A stretch of DNA of 64,000 nt, taken from assembly GCA_951406725.2 (NCBI GenBank), contig OX597822.1, positions 52,204,001 through 52,268,000 on the forward strand, in the 5' to 3' direction. Origin of the DNA: Octopus vulgaris. Its lineage: Eukaryota. Positions 24,169 to 37,982 of the stretch are shown here, in pieces. A program made the translations under genes and the position numbers. Under the pieces are notes generated by a model that was not told the DNA's origin, did no database searches, and saw only the letters and a program-made list of their open reading frames with translations. Numbering within the stretch: the first letter of the stretch is position 1; each line of letters begins with the position of its first letter.

Positions 24169-27100
24169 CTGACGATAGCAGTCATACTTGGTACACTTGA
24201 CCTTCCCAATCGAACATCGACAAACATTGCACTTATCTTGACTCATGAACATTTCTCCATCTTTGTAAGATTTTCCATAATACTGGCATGTTGTCGGGGG
24301 GCAGTACATTTTAGTACAGCTTATTTGACCAAACTGTCCACATCTACAAGTATTGCAGGCATCTTTAAATGTTTCACCGACAGAATAAGTTTTTCCTTTA
24401 TGTATACAGGACTTACTGCATGGTTTTTGCTCACAATCGACTTTCCCATCGGAGTTGCACTGACATTTGTTGCAATCATTATACCATACAGAACCAATTT
24501 CATAAATTTTACCGTTGTAATTACAGGAACAAGGTAATTCAGTGCAGCTAACCGCACCATTATATTGACAAGTACAAGTATTGCAGCCATCTTTGAATTG
24601 ATTTCCGAAATTATAAACCTTATTTTTATAAGTACAGGTACATGGGTTTGTTGTGCAGTCTACTGTCCCATCGGTTTTGCATGTGCACGTATTACAGTCC
24701 TTTCTAAATGTCTGACCTACTTTATATATCTGGTTGTTGTACTTACATTCACAATCATTGGTTGAACATCGGACATATCCAGTTGCTAAACATTCGCATT
24801 GATTGCAATCGTCCGAAAATCTACTACCAATTCCATAAGTTTGTCCATTATAAGTACAGCGGCAGGGTCTGTTTGTACAATCAACTTGTCCGTTATTTTT
24901 ACATTTGCAAGTATTGCAATCATCCTTGAACTCTGCTCCGAAATTATAAACATTATTTTTATAAGTACAGGTACATGGGTTTGTTGTGCAGTCTGCTGTC
25001 CCATCGTCTTTGCATGTGCACGTATTACAGTCCTTTCTAAATGTATTACCTATGTTGTACTTGATTCCATTGGAAACACAGTAACACGGCTTATTTGTAC
25101 AGCGTACTCTACCATTCGTTTCACACTTGCATGTATTACAGCCCTGTGTAAATGTTTGACCTACATTATATATCTGGTTGTTGTAATTACATCGACAAAC
25201 GTTGGTTGAACATCGGACATATCCAGTTGCTAAACATTCGCATTCATTGCAATCGTCCGAAAATTTATTGCCAATTCCATAAGTTTGTCCTTTATGAGTA
25301 CAGCGGCAGGGTCTGTTTGTACAATCAACTTGTCCGTTATTTTTACATTTGCAAGTATTACAATCATCCTTGAACTCTGCTCCGAAATCATAAACATTAT
25401 ATTTATAAGTACAGGTACATGGGTTTGTTGTGCAGTCTACTGACCCATCGGCTTTGCATGTGCACGTATTACAGTCCTTTCTAAATGTATTACCTATGTT
25501 GTACTTGATTCCATTGTAAACACAGTAACACGGATTATTTGTACAGCTTACTCTACCGTTCGGTTCACACGTGCATGTATTACAGCCCTGTGGAAATGTT
25601 TGACCTACATTATATATCTGGTTGTTGTAATTACATCGACAAACCTTGGTTGAACATCGGACATATCCAGTTGCTAAACATTCGCATTCATTGCAATCGT
25701 CCGAAAATTTATTGCCAATTCCATAAGTTTGTCCTTTATGAGTACAGCTGCAGGGTCTGTTTGTACAATCAACTTGTCCGTTATTTTTACATTTGCAAGT
25801 ATTGCAATCATCCTTGAACTCTGCTCCGAAATTATAAACATTATTTTTATAAGTACAGGGACATGGGTTTGTTGTGCAGTCTACTGACCCATCGTCTTTG
25901 CATGTGCACGTATTACAGTCCTTTCTAAATGTATTACCTATGTTGTACTTGATTCCATTGTAAACACAGTAACACGGCTTATTTGTACAGCTTACTCTAC
26001 CATTCGTTTCACACTTGCATGTATTACAGCCCTGTGTAAATGTTTGACCTACATTATATATCTGGTTGTTGTAATTACATCGACAAACGTTGGTTGAACA
26101 TCGGACATATCCAGTTGCTAAACATTCGCATTCATTGCAATCGTCCGAAAATTTATTGCCAATTCCATAAGTTTGTCCTTTATGAGTACAGCGGCAGGGT
26201 CTGTTTGTACAATCAACTTGTCCGTTATTTTTACATTTACAAGTATTACAATCATCCTTGAACTCTGCTCCGAAATCATAAACATTATATTTATAAGTAC
26301 AGGTACATGGGTTTGTTGTGCAGTCTACTGACCCATCGGCTTTGCATGTGCACGTATTACAGTCCTTTCTAAATGTATTACCTATGTTGTACTTGATTCC
26401 ATTGTAAACACAGTAACACGGATTATTTGTACAGCTTACTCTACCGTTCGGTTCACACGTGCATGTATTACAGCCCTGTGGAAATGTTTGACCTACATTA
26501 TATATCTGGTTGTTGTAATTACATCGACAAACCTTGGTTGAACATCGGACATATCCAGTTGCTAAACATTCGCATTCATTGCAATCGTCCGAAAATTTAT
26601 TGCCAATTCCATAAGTTTGTCCTTTATGAGTACAGCTGCAGGGTCTGTTTGTACAATCAACTTGTCCGTTATTTTTACATTTGCAAGTATTGCAATCATC
26701 CTTGAACTCTGCTCCGAAATTATAAACATTATTTTTATAAGTACAGGGACATGGGTTTGTTGTGCAGTCTACTGACCCATCGTCTTTGCATGTGCACGTA
26801 TTACAGTCCTTTCTAAATGTATTACCTATGTTGTACTTGATTCCATTGTAAACACAGTAACACGGCTTATTTGTACAGCTTACTCTACCATTCGTTTCAC
26901 ACTTGCATGTATTACAGCCCTGTGTAAATGTTTGACCTACATTATATATCTGGTTGTTGTAATTACATCGACAAACGTTGGTTGAACATCGGACATATCC
27001 AGTTGCTAAACATTCGCATTCATTGCAATCGTCCGAAAATTTATTGCCAATTCCATAAGTTTGTCCTTTATGAGTACAGCTGCAGGGTCTGTTTGTACAA

Positions 27101-29102
27101 TCAACTTGTCCGTTATTTTTACATTTACAAGTATTACAATCATCCTTGAACTCTGCTCCGAAATCATAAACATTATATTTATAAGTACAGGTACATGGGT
27201 TTGTTGTGCAGTCTACTGACCCATCGGCTTTGCATGTGCACGTATTACAGTCCTTTCTAAATGTATTACCTATGTTGTACTTGATTCCATTGTAAACACA
27301 GTAACACGGCTTATTTGTACAGCTTACTCTACCGTTCGGTTCACACGTGCATGTATTACAGCCCTGTGGAAATGTTTGACCAACATTATATATCTGGTTG
27401 TTGTAATTACATCGACAAACCTTGGTTGAACATCGGACATATCCAGTTGCTAAACATTCGCATTCATTGCAATCGTCCGAAAATTTATTACCAATTCCAT
27501 AAGTTTGTCCTTTATGAGTACAGCGGCAGGGTTTGTTTGTACAATCAACTTGTCCGTTATTTTTACATTTGCAAGTATTGCAATCATCCTTGAAATCTGC
27601 TCCGAAATTATAAACATTATTTTTATAAGTACAGGTACATGAGTTTGTTGTGCAGTCTACTGTCCCATCGGCTTTGCATGTGCATGTATTACAGCCCTGT
27701 TTAAATGTGTCTCTTACTTTATATATCTGGTTGTTGTACTTACAGTCACAAAACTCGGTTGTGCAGTCTACTGACCCATCGGCTTTGCATGTGCACGTAT
27801 TACAGTCCTTTGTAAATACTTGACCTATTTGGTACTTGATTCCATTGTAAACACAGTAACACGGCTTATTTGTACAGCTTACTCTACCGTTCGGTTCACA
27901 CTTGCATGTATTACAGCCCTGTGGAAATGTTTGACCTACATTATATATCTGGTTGTTGTACTTACATGGAGTACAAACGTTGGTTGAACATCGGACAAAT
28001 CCAGTAGCTAAACATTCGCATTCATTGCAATCGTCCGAAAATTTGCTACCAATTCCATAAGTTTGTCCTTTATGAGTACAGCGGCAGGGGTTGTTTGTAC
28101 AATCAACTTGTCCGTTATTTTTACATTTGCAAGTATTACAATCATCCATGAACACTGCTCCGAAATTATAAACATTATTTTTATAAGTACAGGTACATGA
28201 GTTTGTTGTGCAGTCTACAGTCCCACCGGCTTTGCATGTGCACGTATTACAGTCCTTTTTAAATGTTGTCCCTATTTCGTAGGTGTTTCCATTGTATATA
28301 CACTTACATGGTTTGTTAGAGCACTGCACAATACCGCTTCTTAAACATTCACATTGGTTACAATCATTACTGAATGTTTGTCCAACTCGGTATGTCTGTC
28401 CTTGATAAGTACATTGACAAATTTTCTTTGTACATTCTAACTGACCGTTTTCTCTACAATAGCAAATGTTACAATCCCCTTCAAATTTCTGGCCCACACT
28501 TAATACTCTTCCTCTGAAGTAACACTTACAAATTTTGCTAGTACATTTAACCTGACCATTGTTCAAACATTCGCAAGTATTGCAATCATCAGTGAAGGTT
28601 TGGCCGATTTGATATTGTACATTTTTATAAGGACATCCACATCTATCACTGTTACACTGCACTATTCCTGTAGTTTGACAAGTGCAAGTCTTACAGCCAT
28701 CGTTAAAACTCTCTCCAATGTTGTAGTCTTTACCATTGTATTGGCACTGACACACATTATTGGTACACTGAACATATCCAGAAGAAAGACATTTACATTT
28801 ATTACAGTTGTCATTGAATTCTTCACCTTCTTGGTACTGCTTTTCTTTATAAGTACATCGTTTAGGACAGTCTTTGTTGTCACATTTTATCTGGCCATCA
28901 TAGTTGCATTTACATGTATTACAAGACTGCTGGAATGTCTGTCCTACTCTGTAACGTCTGCCTTGATATGTACATGAAGGCCCCTTCCCATAACCACAAC
29001 GTAAATTTGAACAAATTGCTTTGTTATTTGTGTCACATACACACGTGTTGCAGTCGATCTTAAATACTCCTGTATACTTCTTTCCATTATATGTACATTC
29101 GT
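24169..29102 (-). CDS. 4934-bp exon encoding 44 tandem six-Cys pacifastin/VWC-like modules (secreted protein, copy 2)
   Basis: 1657-aa ORF trimmed to splice sites (acceptor 29103-29104, donor 24168-24163). Module pattern C-x16-CNxCxC-x3-G-x3-C(T/S)-x3-C. Confidence 0.93.
24751..27414 (-). repeat. Coding tandem array, 6 x 444 bp arranged as 3 x 888-bp higher-order repeat
   Basis: Units FPQG/EPNG/KADG/YKYNVYDFG alternate with FTQG/ETNG/KDDG/YKNNVYNFG. Confidence 0.95.
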
Positions 29103-29393
29103 CTGTAAAGAAGAGAAACAATAATTATTTCAATTAACAACTACACTGTTCCTGAAAGAAGAACATGTTATATATTCTAGCGTAAGTATGTGATTATGAT
29201 ATATCTATAAATTCTCAAAGAATAATGTCGAGCGACATAATTCTTTAGAAATGGTTGGGATGTACAGCCCGAAATATACAGATACTTTGCAGTATGTATC
29301 CGAAAACCAGTTTTCAGGTATCATGATGATGAGAACTTTATTATGTTGACGCACACACATACAGGCTAATAAAACACGCATAACTATACATAC

Positions 29394-29450
<57 letters not shown>

Positions 29451-29571
29451 TAGTTATGGCTAAATTGTAGGAGATAAAGAACTCAGTACGCGCGTAGAGT
29501 ATAAAGTTGCAATAACTCGTCTGCATCTCCATCTATCTTTCTGTTTATCACTATATATGTACGTGTATATA

Positions 29572-29732
<161 letters not shown>

Positions 29733-29737
29733 GTATG

Positions 29738-29768
<31 letters not shown>

Positions 29769-30322
29769 AATGATAGAAAATGCAACACAAGGAAAACTTT
29801 GTTACTTACAACGATCGGTGACAACGATCGGTAACAAAAGGTGATATGTGGTCAGTAAGCGTCGAAGTATACGTGCTAGTCCGACTGACCTTACAAAGAC
29901 CATAGAACCATACCGAGACACAAAGAAAACAGGTAAGAAGGATCAATTCCTTTTAACCAGCATTGAAATCTCCTTTCAGGAAAATAAACAGAAAACCAAC
30001 TGACAAAATTACGCATCTATGGAGTACCGACCTCCTCAAAGAAATTAGAATCATACAAAAACAATAAGTTACATAAAGTAATTAACATGTAAAATATTAC
30101 TAGCAAAATTAACATTAAGACATTATATCCAACTTGAAAAAGAATATCCTCAAGACGTTGCTATTTTTGAACCTTAAATATCTCAAAAATGTTCACTGCT
30201 GTATTCGGTCGCTTGTAAAATAGTTTTAGCGAACGGGATCGGAATATCTTTCATATCCTACTTCTTTAAACGATATCATGTTTTAATTACTGCTTTATTA
30301 TACTTTATTTATGTCTGTGAAA

Positions 30323-30381
<59 letters not shown>

Positions 30382-30410
30382 TTATATGTATATATATATA
30401 TATACCTATA

Positions 30411-30502
<92 letters not shown>

Positions 30503-30753
30503 GAGATGGCCGTACAAGCAAGATTAAATGACTTAAACAAAATTACAGAGGAAATAATTTTTACTAGAGTATGTGAGGCTGAAAGTAGTAGTGGAGGGTA
30601 TGCTTCCTATATGCTATGTATTTGGGGAGAAAGACCACATGAAGGCAAGGTGTCCCCAAAAGAGGAGGAGCAACGGATGGAATAGCCTGAAGAATAAGAG
30701 AAGGAAGACGAAGTGGTGCTAGAGGGTGTGAAGGAGACGGTAGTAACAGAAGA

Positions 30754-30841
30754 GGCGGCGAGCTGGCAGAAACGTTATCACCCCGGGCGAAATGTGAAAC
30801 CTTATTTTGTCTGCCGTTACGTTCTGAGTTCAAATTCCGCC
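30754..30841 (+). mobile_element. SINE family A truncated by a deletion
   Basis: Paralog of the 5915-6136 SINE. Stops at caaattccgcc and joins tgctggatac. Confidence 0.85.
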
Positions 30842-31086
30842 TGCTGGATACTAAAGTGTATTCTGGTTCCTAAACAGAAGGGCTAGACTTTGAAAAGCGA
30901 TCCTATAGATGCTAAGGATGTACCTTTTTCAGAAACCAGGGGAGATCCTCGGTAGTAGTGAAGCCAAGTATTTGGAGCGACGGTGTGGGCTCTAACCCAT
31001 TGTGGTTATATAAATATAGAGAGTTAGGTATAGATGTATATGTATACATATACATACATACATGCATGCATATATATATATGTGTA

Positions 31087-31140
<54 letters not shown>

Positions 31141-31316
31141 CTCTAGATTTTCTATAGAAATTAGAGCCAAAACTGAAAAATGTCTTAGGTAGCACCGATA
31201 TTTTAAATAACATGCATGGATAATTTAGTTGTAATAACACTACTGTTGATAAATTGAACGAAATAACTTTAAAATAAGAAAGAAATGAATTATGAATAGC
31301 GGTGTAATTTACTTAC

Positions 31317-31374
31317 TGTTGTAGCTGTTCACATAAGAAATAGCTACTGTTACTAGTAGCAATAGTCGCAGCAT
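31317..31374 (-). CDS. Signal-peptide exon of copy 2 (MLRLLLLVTVAISYVNSYN + 1 nt)
   Basis: ATG at 31374, donor GTAAGT at 31316-31311, phase matches the big exon. Confidence 0.85.
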
Positions 31375-31473
31375 GTTGCCCAGTTGGTTTATCTTTTCTT
31401 TCTGCCTCTTGTAGACTGGTGACTGTTGTTTACCGAAACAAGGATGAGTTTGACAAACGTCTCAAACGTACGC

Positions 31474-31481
31474 TTTATATA
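31474..31481 (-). promoter_or_regulatory. Putative TATA box of copy 2 (TATATAAA)
   Basis: 100 nt upstream of the ATG, conserved with copy 1. Confidence 0.6.
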
Positions 31482-32571
31482 GGCCGCAATAAACGTGATC
31501 AACTGCATACATCGTGGGAATTAATTGGTTTCACAAATTCCGTATTTAGAAACAGCAAAAATAAACATCAATAAATAGGTAGTTTTAATTTCTCATTAAT
31601 GGTTTCTTCCTAAAAATAAACTATTCATAAATAGGTTGGGCCTTCTTACGATAATAAACAATAGTATCAGAGGTGTTTCACAAGGTGGTGGTTAAATAAG
31701 TTCTTCATTATCATCACGTTTTAATCAATGTGTTTATAGACCGCAATACTATTAACAATATAATTTTTTAAGAATAAGTAATAGTCGTTGATCCTGAGAA
31801 AGCAAATGACTCCTAACAGGTTTTCATTTAATTGCTGGGAATATATCCTTGTCATTAAACATCCACACCCAATCATAACGAAAATAATTTAGCGTAGGTT
31901 CACGTGTTTTACCACGGTGTTTTTTCACTTGACGAAATTCTTTTGTCTTTCTTAATTGTTTTGTATACAGGACACATTTACACCAACGTTAAATCTAAGT
32001 AATCTGTATTCTGATATTCAAATCAAATATATATTTTCTTACAGACAATTCATTCCTATATTGTCTTTACGATTTGAGACACTTATTTTTTGGTTTTACT
32101 CCCTCTATGTGGCAACTCAGTAAAAGTTCGGGCAGAAAACTATGAAGATGGGTAAACTTTTATATAAGAATGAAATCTGAGAAATGAGTTTTAAATGTAT
32201 TTATTACACAAATAAATAAATGTCGAATGTCAGTTTTTAATGTAATTCTAAAGTAGCAATAGATAAAGGTGATGGAACACAAAAGCAATTCTTCTGTTTC
32301 GGTGTTTTGCCATAAGGCAAAGGAAGATATCTTCGAGTCAGATTTTCGTAACATCACTTAATCTTAGAATTCCGCAGTCAACTCTTGATCATCAGCAGCT
32401 TGAGAAAAACTCGTTTATAGCCCGCTAAAAACAGTGAGACAAGCACACAACTTTGTTGTCTCTGTCTTTGATGGTCTCGTCTGGTGCGGGCTTTCAGTGG
32501 TGTTATCTTGTTCATGCCTTAGGGACTTCAGCTTTAGTACTTCTTCAATGTTTACTCACTAAACCTTTCCC

Positions 32572-32855
32572 ATGTATGTATGTATGCATGCATGCACGCA
32601 TGCATGCATGCATGCATGCATGTATGTATGTATGTATGTATGTATGTATGTATGTATGTATGTATGTATGTATGTATGTATGCATGCATGCATGTATGAA
32701 TGTATGTATGTATGTATGTATGTATGTATGTGTGTGTATGTGTGTGTATGTATGTATGTATGTGTGTATGTATGTGTGTAGTGTATGTATGCATGTATGT
32801 ATGTATGTATGTATGTATGTGTGTATGTATGCATGTATGTATGTATGTGTGTGTG

Positions 32856-32887
<32 letters not shown>

Positions 32888-33320
32888 TGTATGTATGTAT
32901 GTATGTATGTACACTAATGTATACATCCGGTAGGATGTGTAATTTGAAGGGGAACTGGGATAATTATTCCCATCTTGACTATATCTTCGATGAAAGTCTT
33001 CAGTGTTTTTTTTTCTTATATATCAGATCCTACATAACCTAAAACACCGTTCCATCTTGAAGGCAGTAGTATATGATTTGTTTTGGTACTTTGACTGCTA
33101 ATTTAGCTTGGCAATCAACTATGTTAAGGCTCCCATTGTTGTTGTCCAGGTGCAAGTTAGCTCCCATGTATGTATGTTTGTATGTATGTATGTATGTATG
33201 TATGTATGTATGTATGTATGTATGTATGCATGCATGTATGTATGCATGCATGCATGCATGTATGTATGTGTGTATGTATGTTCGTTCGTATGTGTGTGCG
33301 TACGTATGTACGTATGTATG
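32572..33320. repeat. Two (TATG)n/(CATG)n tetranucleotide tracts (32572-32910, 33166-33320)
   Basis: Direct reading. Confidence 0.9.
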
Positions 33321-34103
33321 TACGACATATTACGTACACACACGCATATATATATTTTATCTTTCACTTGTTTTGGTCGTTGAACTGCGACCATGCTAGG
33401 CCACCCACTCGATAGGTTTAGCGCAAGAAATTGATCCTAGTACTTATTTTTTAAGCCGGGTACTAATTCTATCGGTGACTTTTGCCGTGCATGGTGATGC
33501 TGGGCTGATTTTGCAATTTGAGTATGCAGATGTGAGAAATAGCAAAATAAATCCATCATCATCACACGCGCCTTCACCTCTTTATAACTACCATTACTTC
33601 CCTTCTTTGCGTCACCTTATGCTCCACCCCATGAAACATTATATTAATGCCATATCGCCCGAAGAAATGAATGCATGAATATGGTCTACTCGAAAGATTC
33701 TCAACGAGGGCCATATGACTCTCGTGGGTAGCCATTTGGAGCTTGAGGGTGGAGTTTAGGAGCAAAGGATCACTAGGAGGCGTTAAGAGACTGAGGGAGG
33801 GGTACTAGGGAGCGCTGGAAGACCCTCGTCTTTGGTAAGTTTAATTTGAAATTAACGAATAGTAGCCATATTTTCACATCTCTGCAACAGTCAGTATAAA
33901 AAAACTATGCCTTTTTTGTTTCAAATTTTCAAAACCTTAAAAATCACTTTTTCCACCTCGACGACACCAATCAAATTCCTGGAACCATGTGTAAATGGTA
34001 TCCCTAAAATGAAACCCCCAAAACAAAAACAAAACTAAAAACAGATGAATAGTGACAGACAATTAAAAACCAAAACTAATGAATAAAAGTGAAAAGCTAA
34101 ATT

Positions 34104-34147
<44 letters not shown>

Positions 34148-34177
34148 GCGTGTGTGTGTATATCTGTGTGTATGTGC

Positions 34178-34226
<49 letters not shown>

Positions 34227-34291
34227 TGCGCGCGCTTGTGCAGCGATCTTTTTCATCCGTCTTCCCTTCCTTGGATCTTTCCTTTTTCTAT

Positions 34292-34326
34292 GTTTCTGAC
34301 GAAGAGCTCCGCTCGAAACGTTAAAT
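34292..34326 (+). ncRNA. Minimal type I hammerhead motif in a probable PLE 3' remnant
   Basis: gttt-CTGACGA-a-GAGC-tcc-GCTC-GAAACGTT-aaat with palindromic AACGTT. Lies downstream of a degenerate (TG)n tract. Confidence 0.55.
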
Positions 34327-35101
34327 CCTCCTTCTTTCTTTCCTTTCCGGAGCGTCCAATAACATTATACTTGTTCCACATCCTCGCGTTGTTGTGTTTT
34401 CTCTTTGTGCTTTCATGTTTGGATTAACTTTATAGAAAGAATAGTGGTCAGAATTTTGGATCAAATTGGCTTTTGGGAATGACTGATAGGTATGTATTTA
34501 TGTATGTATGGGTATGTTTGTATGTATAGGATTGCGTGTGTTGCCGTTTTGAATTCCTTTTTACGACTGAACTTAAATTGACCCCTGGCTATTAAAGACC
34601 CAATCACATACACACACATTTGTTTTAGGCTTTGTACCTATATGAACTGCAGTTATACACCAGATAACGTGGTAGGTTTTATATTGTAATATTTATATTT
34701 TGAATTTCTTTGAATTATGAAATAAACACCCCAGCTAAAATCCTCTTCTGGCTTTGGAAATCAGAACCTTTTTTCTCTCTTTCTATATTTTTTGTTGTGT
34801 TAGAATTTCTCTGTTTTGGTCAGAATTTTCCAATTTCTTGTGTCAAGCAATGGACAGAAGCGTTTAAAAAAATTATATTTCAGAGAGCCGAACAAAATCA
34901 AAAATATTAATCTTAATCGTAATGATGGAGAGGAGTAAACATTTCCCGTTTCCTTAATACTAACAAGAGCATAGTATGAGGTAGATTTGGCTGTTATTTC
35001 TAGCAAATCGAGCAACCACACGCAGAGTACCTCGTTGGCTTATTTGTTGATATGTATAAGTCAACAAAAAGCTAAAGGAAAACCAGACACTAGCAAACAA
35101 A

Positions 35102-35146
<45 letters not shown>

Positions 35147-35159
35147 ATATATATATTTT

Positions 35160-35420
35160 TTTTTATTTATGCGCATTTTTCAAGCCTAGCCAGGCTCATG
35201 GGCCCGGTTTCCCGGTTTCCATGGCATATGTGTTTCCCCCAACCCCGCCCAGCTGGACGGGACGCCAGTCCATCGCAGCGTTACTCAAGAAACAGGAAGA
35301 AGGAGTGAGAGAAAGTTGGGGCGAAAGAGTACAACATGGGTCGCCACCACCAGCCCCTGCCGGTGCCTCGTGGAGCTTTAGGCGTTTTCGCTCAATACGC
35401 AACACACAACGCCCGGTCTG
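35160..35420 (-). mobile_element. SINE family D, head missing
   Basis: Similar to 47745-48040. Confidence 0.75.
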
Positions 35421-35429
35421 TCATCTACT

Positions 35430-35495
35430 TTAGCCTCGGGCTGACCAAAGCCTTGTGAGTGGATTTAGTAGACGGAAGCTGAAAGAAGCCCGTCG

Positions 35496-35547
<52 letters not shown>

Positions 35548-36160
35548 TGTATGTATGTATGTCATAAGGCTGTATCATGCGCGGAGACATAGAAATAATC
35601 GGACTGAATACCTGATCGCGCGGTTAAACCATTGGGAGTGAAGGACTCCTAGCTTTTGTTAGGGCATCCTTCTAGGAGAAGGTAATTCATGTAACTGGGA
35701 TAACTCCGATATAAAACCTGCGGCTCAGTGGTTACCGATGATGTTGACTTGTCCTTCTTTTCGAATTATGGTTGCTGTTGCTTAGTGAGTGGGATTGACT
35801 TTTAAAAAAATCTTCTTGCACAGGCATTGCACGATAACAACATTGATGATTAAGCTTCGTGCAATGGCCATACTCGATTACGAGGGGGCAGCCACCATGT
35901 ATGTATGTATGTATGAATGTATGTATGTATGTATGTGTGTGAATATGTTTGTCTGTCTGTGTTTGTCCCCCCACCACCACCACCAACATCGCTTGGCAAC
36001 CGATGCTGCTGTGTTTACGTCCCCGTAACTTAGCGGTTCGGCAAAAGAGACCGATAGAATAAGTACTAGGCTTCCAAAGAATAAGTCCTGGGGTCGATTT
36101 GCTTGACTAAAGGCGGTGCTCCAGCATGGCCGCAGTCAGATGACTGAAACAATTAAAAGA
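35430..36160 (+). mobile_element. SINE family B with a ~335-bp insertion (35561-35895) in its internal (TATG)n
   Basis: Family B halves at 35430-35495 and 35940-36160. The insert contains ctaggagaaggtaa, reminiscent of RTE 5' UTRs. Confidence 0.7.
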
Positions 36161-36176
36161 CATATATATATATATA

Positions 36177-36575
36177 GGCGCAGGAGTGGCTGTGTGGTAA
36201 GTAGCTTGCTTACCAACCACATGGTTCCGGGTTCAGTCCCACTGCGTGGCATCTTGGGTAAGTGTCTTCTACTATAGCCTCGGGCCGACCAAAGCCTTGT
36301 GAGTGGATTTGGTAGACGGAAACTGAAAGAAGCCCGTCGTATATATGTATATATATATATATATGCGTGTGTGTGTTTGTGTGTCTGTGTTTGTCCCCTA
36401 GCATTGGGGGATGCTCGTGTGTTTATGTCCCCGTAACATAGCGGTTCGGCAAAAGAGATCGATAGAATAAGTACTGGGCTTACAAAAGAATAAGTCCCGG
36501 GGTCGAGTTTCTCGATTAAAGGCGGTGCTCCAGCATGGCCGCAGTCGAATGACTGAAACAAGTAAAAAGAGTATA
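36177..36575 (+). mobile_element. SINE family B, full length
   Basis: Head and tail are both present. Confidence 0.9.
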
Positions 36576-36753
36576 AAGAGAACATAGCTCCAACAAATTT
36601 AGAGGATGTGAATCCAACCCACTAAGGGATAATATCTATCCAATATACTGCTGGTAGAAAATAAGTTAACATAATATAATGTCTAAAAGATGATGAACCA
36701 CCTATTGACCCCTACATTTTCTTATTGCTATGTGTATATATATATATATATAT

Positions 36754-36820
<67 letters not shown>

Positions 36821-37300
36821 ATTGGGTAGAAATATGATGTAAGCACGTGCTAAAACCCTGCATAATGGAAGTGATATGATTAAGCCAAAAAAAGAAACCT
36901 CTCTCTCCACTAATTTTTTAATTAATTTGTGGTTTTAAATTGCCGACAGTCCGAATCTACCATTCGTTTCTCTTTATAATTTCCAAATAATTTTTTGGTG
37001 CTTTTTGGAAGAAAGTCAATTGACGGTCTTCACACTTTTTCCACATAATCCTAGGCTTTATATGTGAAATGCCCGTGACATGCTGCACGTCCATCAGCAA
37101 TGTTAGCAGACAGACAGTCGTGCAGTGGTACGGCATATAGTTTAGGTAGACGAAAGCTTTCTTTTTAAGAGGAAGAATGAAGCTGGAAGAGTGGTGAAGA
37201 AGTTTTGGATATTTGTGATTCTTGTAACTGACAGTGTTTTTTATGTGTGTATGAGCGTGTATAAAAATATAATTAAAACAATATGTATGCATCCGCGTAG

Positions 37301-37334
<34 letters not shown>

Positions 37335-37349
<15 letters not shown>

Positions 37350-37838
37350 TCTAGTTGTGTGAGTGTCTGTCCCCTTCGATTTAGATTCCTAACTCCTCCC
37401 ACATTTGTCGGTGCAGTTTAACCAAATTCGGGTATCTTATAGTTGTGATTCATATCGAGCCCGTCTGACTATTAGCGCGCGTCAATGATGAGTCTACGAT
37501 TTTAAAAATAATTTAACATCATTTTTTATTCCATTTTAATGCATAAAATGCATCGTGTGTCGATGGCGGCGGAGTTGGCGTCCACGCTCACAGCTGCACC
37601 TGTTTGCTTCTCCCCCTTCCCTCCCTCGTGAAGCTGTGGGAAAGGGAGTGTAAAGAAATCAACGTCGTAATGCGTTGTGAAGGAAACCAGCGTTCTTTTA
37701 GAACAACGACTTCATGGCTTGAAGACACCAAAACAAAAATGGCTAAGAAAGCCCGAATTTATAAGGGAAGTAACTCTATAAAATTCTTATATAGTTATTT
37801 CCCTTACAAACCCGAGCAACGCCGGGCGATACTGCTAG

Positions 37839-37886
<48 letters not shown>

Positions 37887-37932
37887 TAGTTATTTCCCTT
37901 ACAAACCCGAGCAACGCCGGGCGATACTGCTA

Positions 37933-37934
<2 letters not shown>
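37335..37934 (+). mobile_element. Non-autonomous Helitron with duplicated 3' terminus
   Basis: Ends cccgagcaacgccgggcgatactgCTAG at ~37838 and again at ~37933. Embedded in (TA)n. Confidence 0.8.

Positions 37935-37982
<48 letters not shown>

Noticed and set aside
29103-29121. ORF-track start MFLFFT and end VSKVFY of the 1657-aa ORF
   Set aside because: These are an intronic polypyrimidine tract and donor read-through. The splice sites give a better model.
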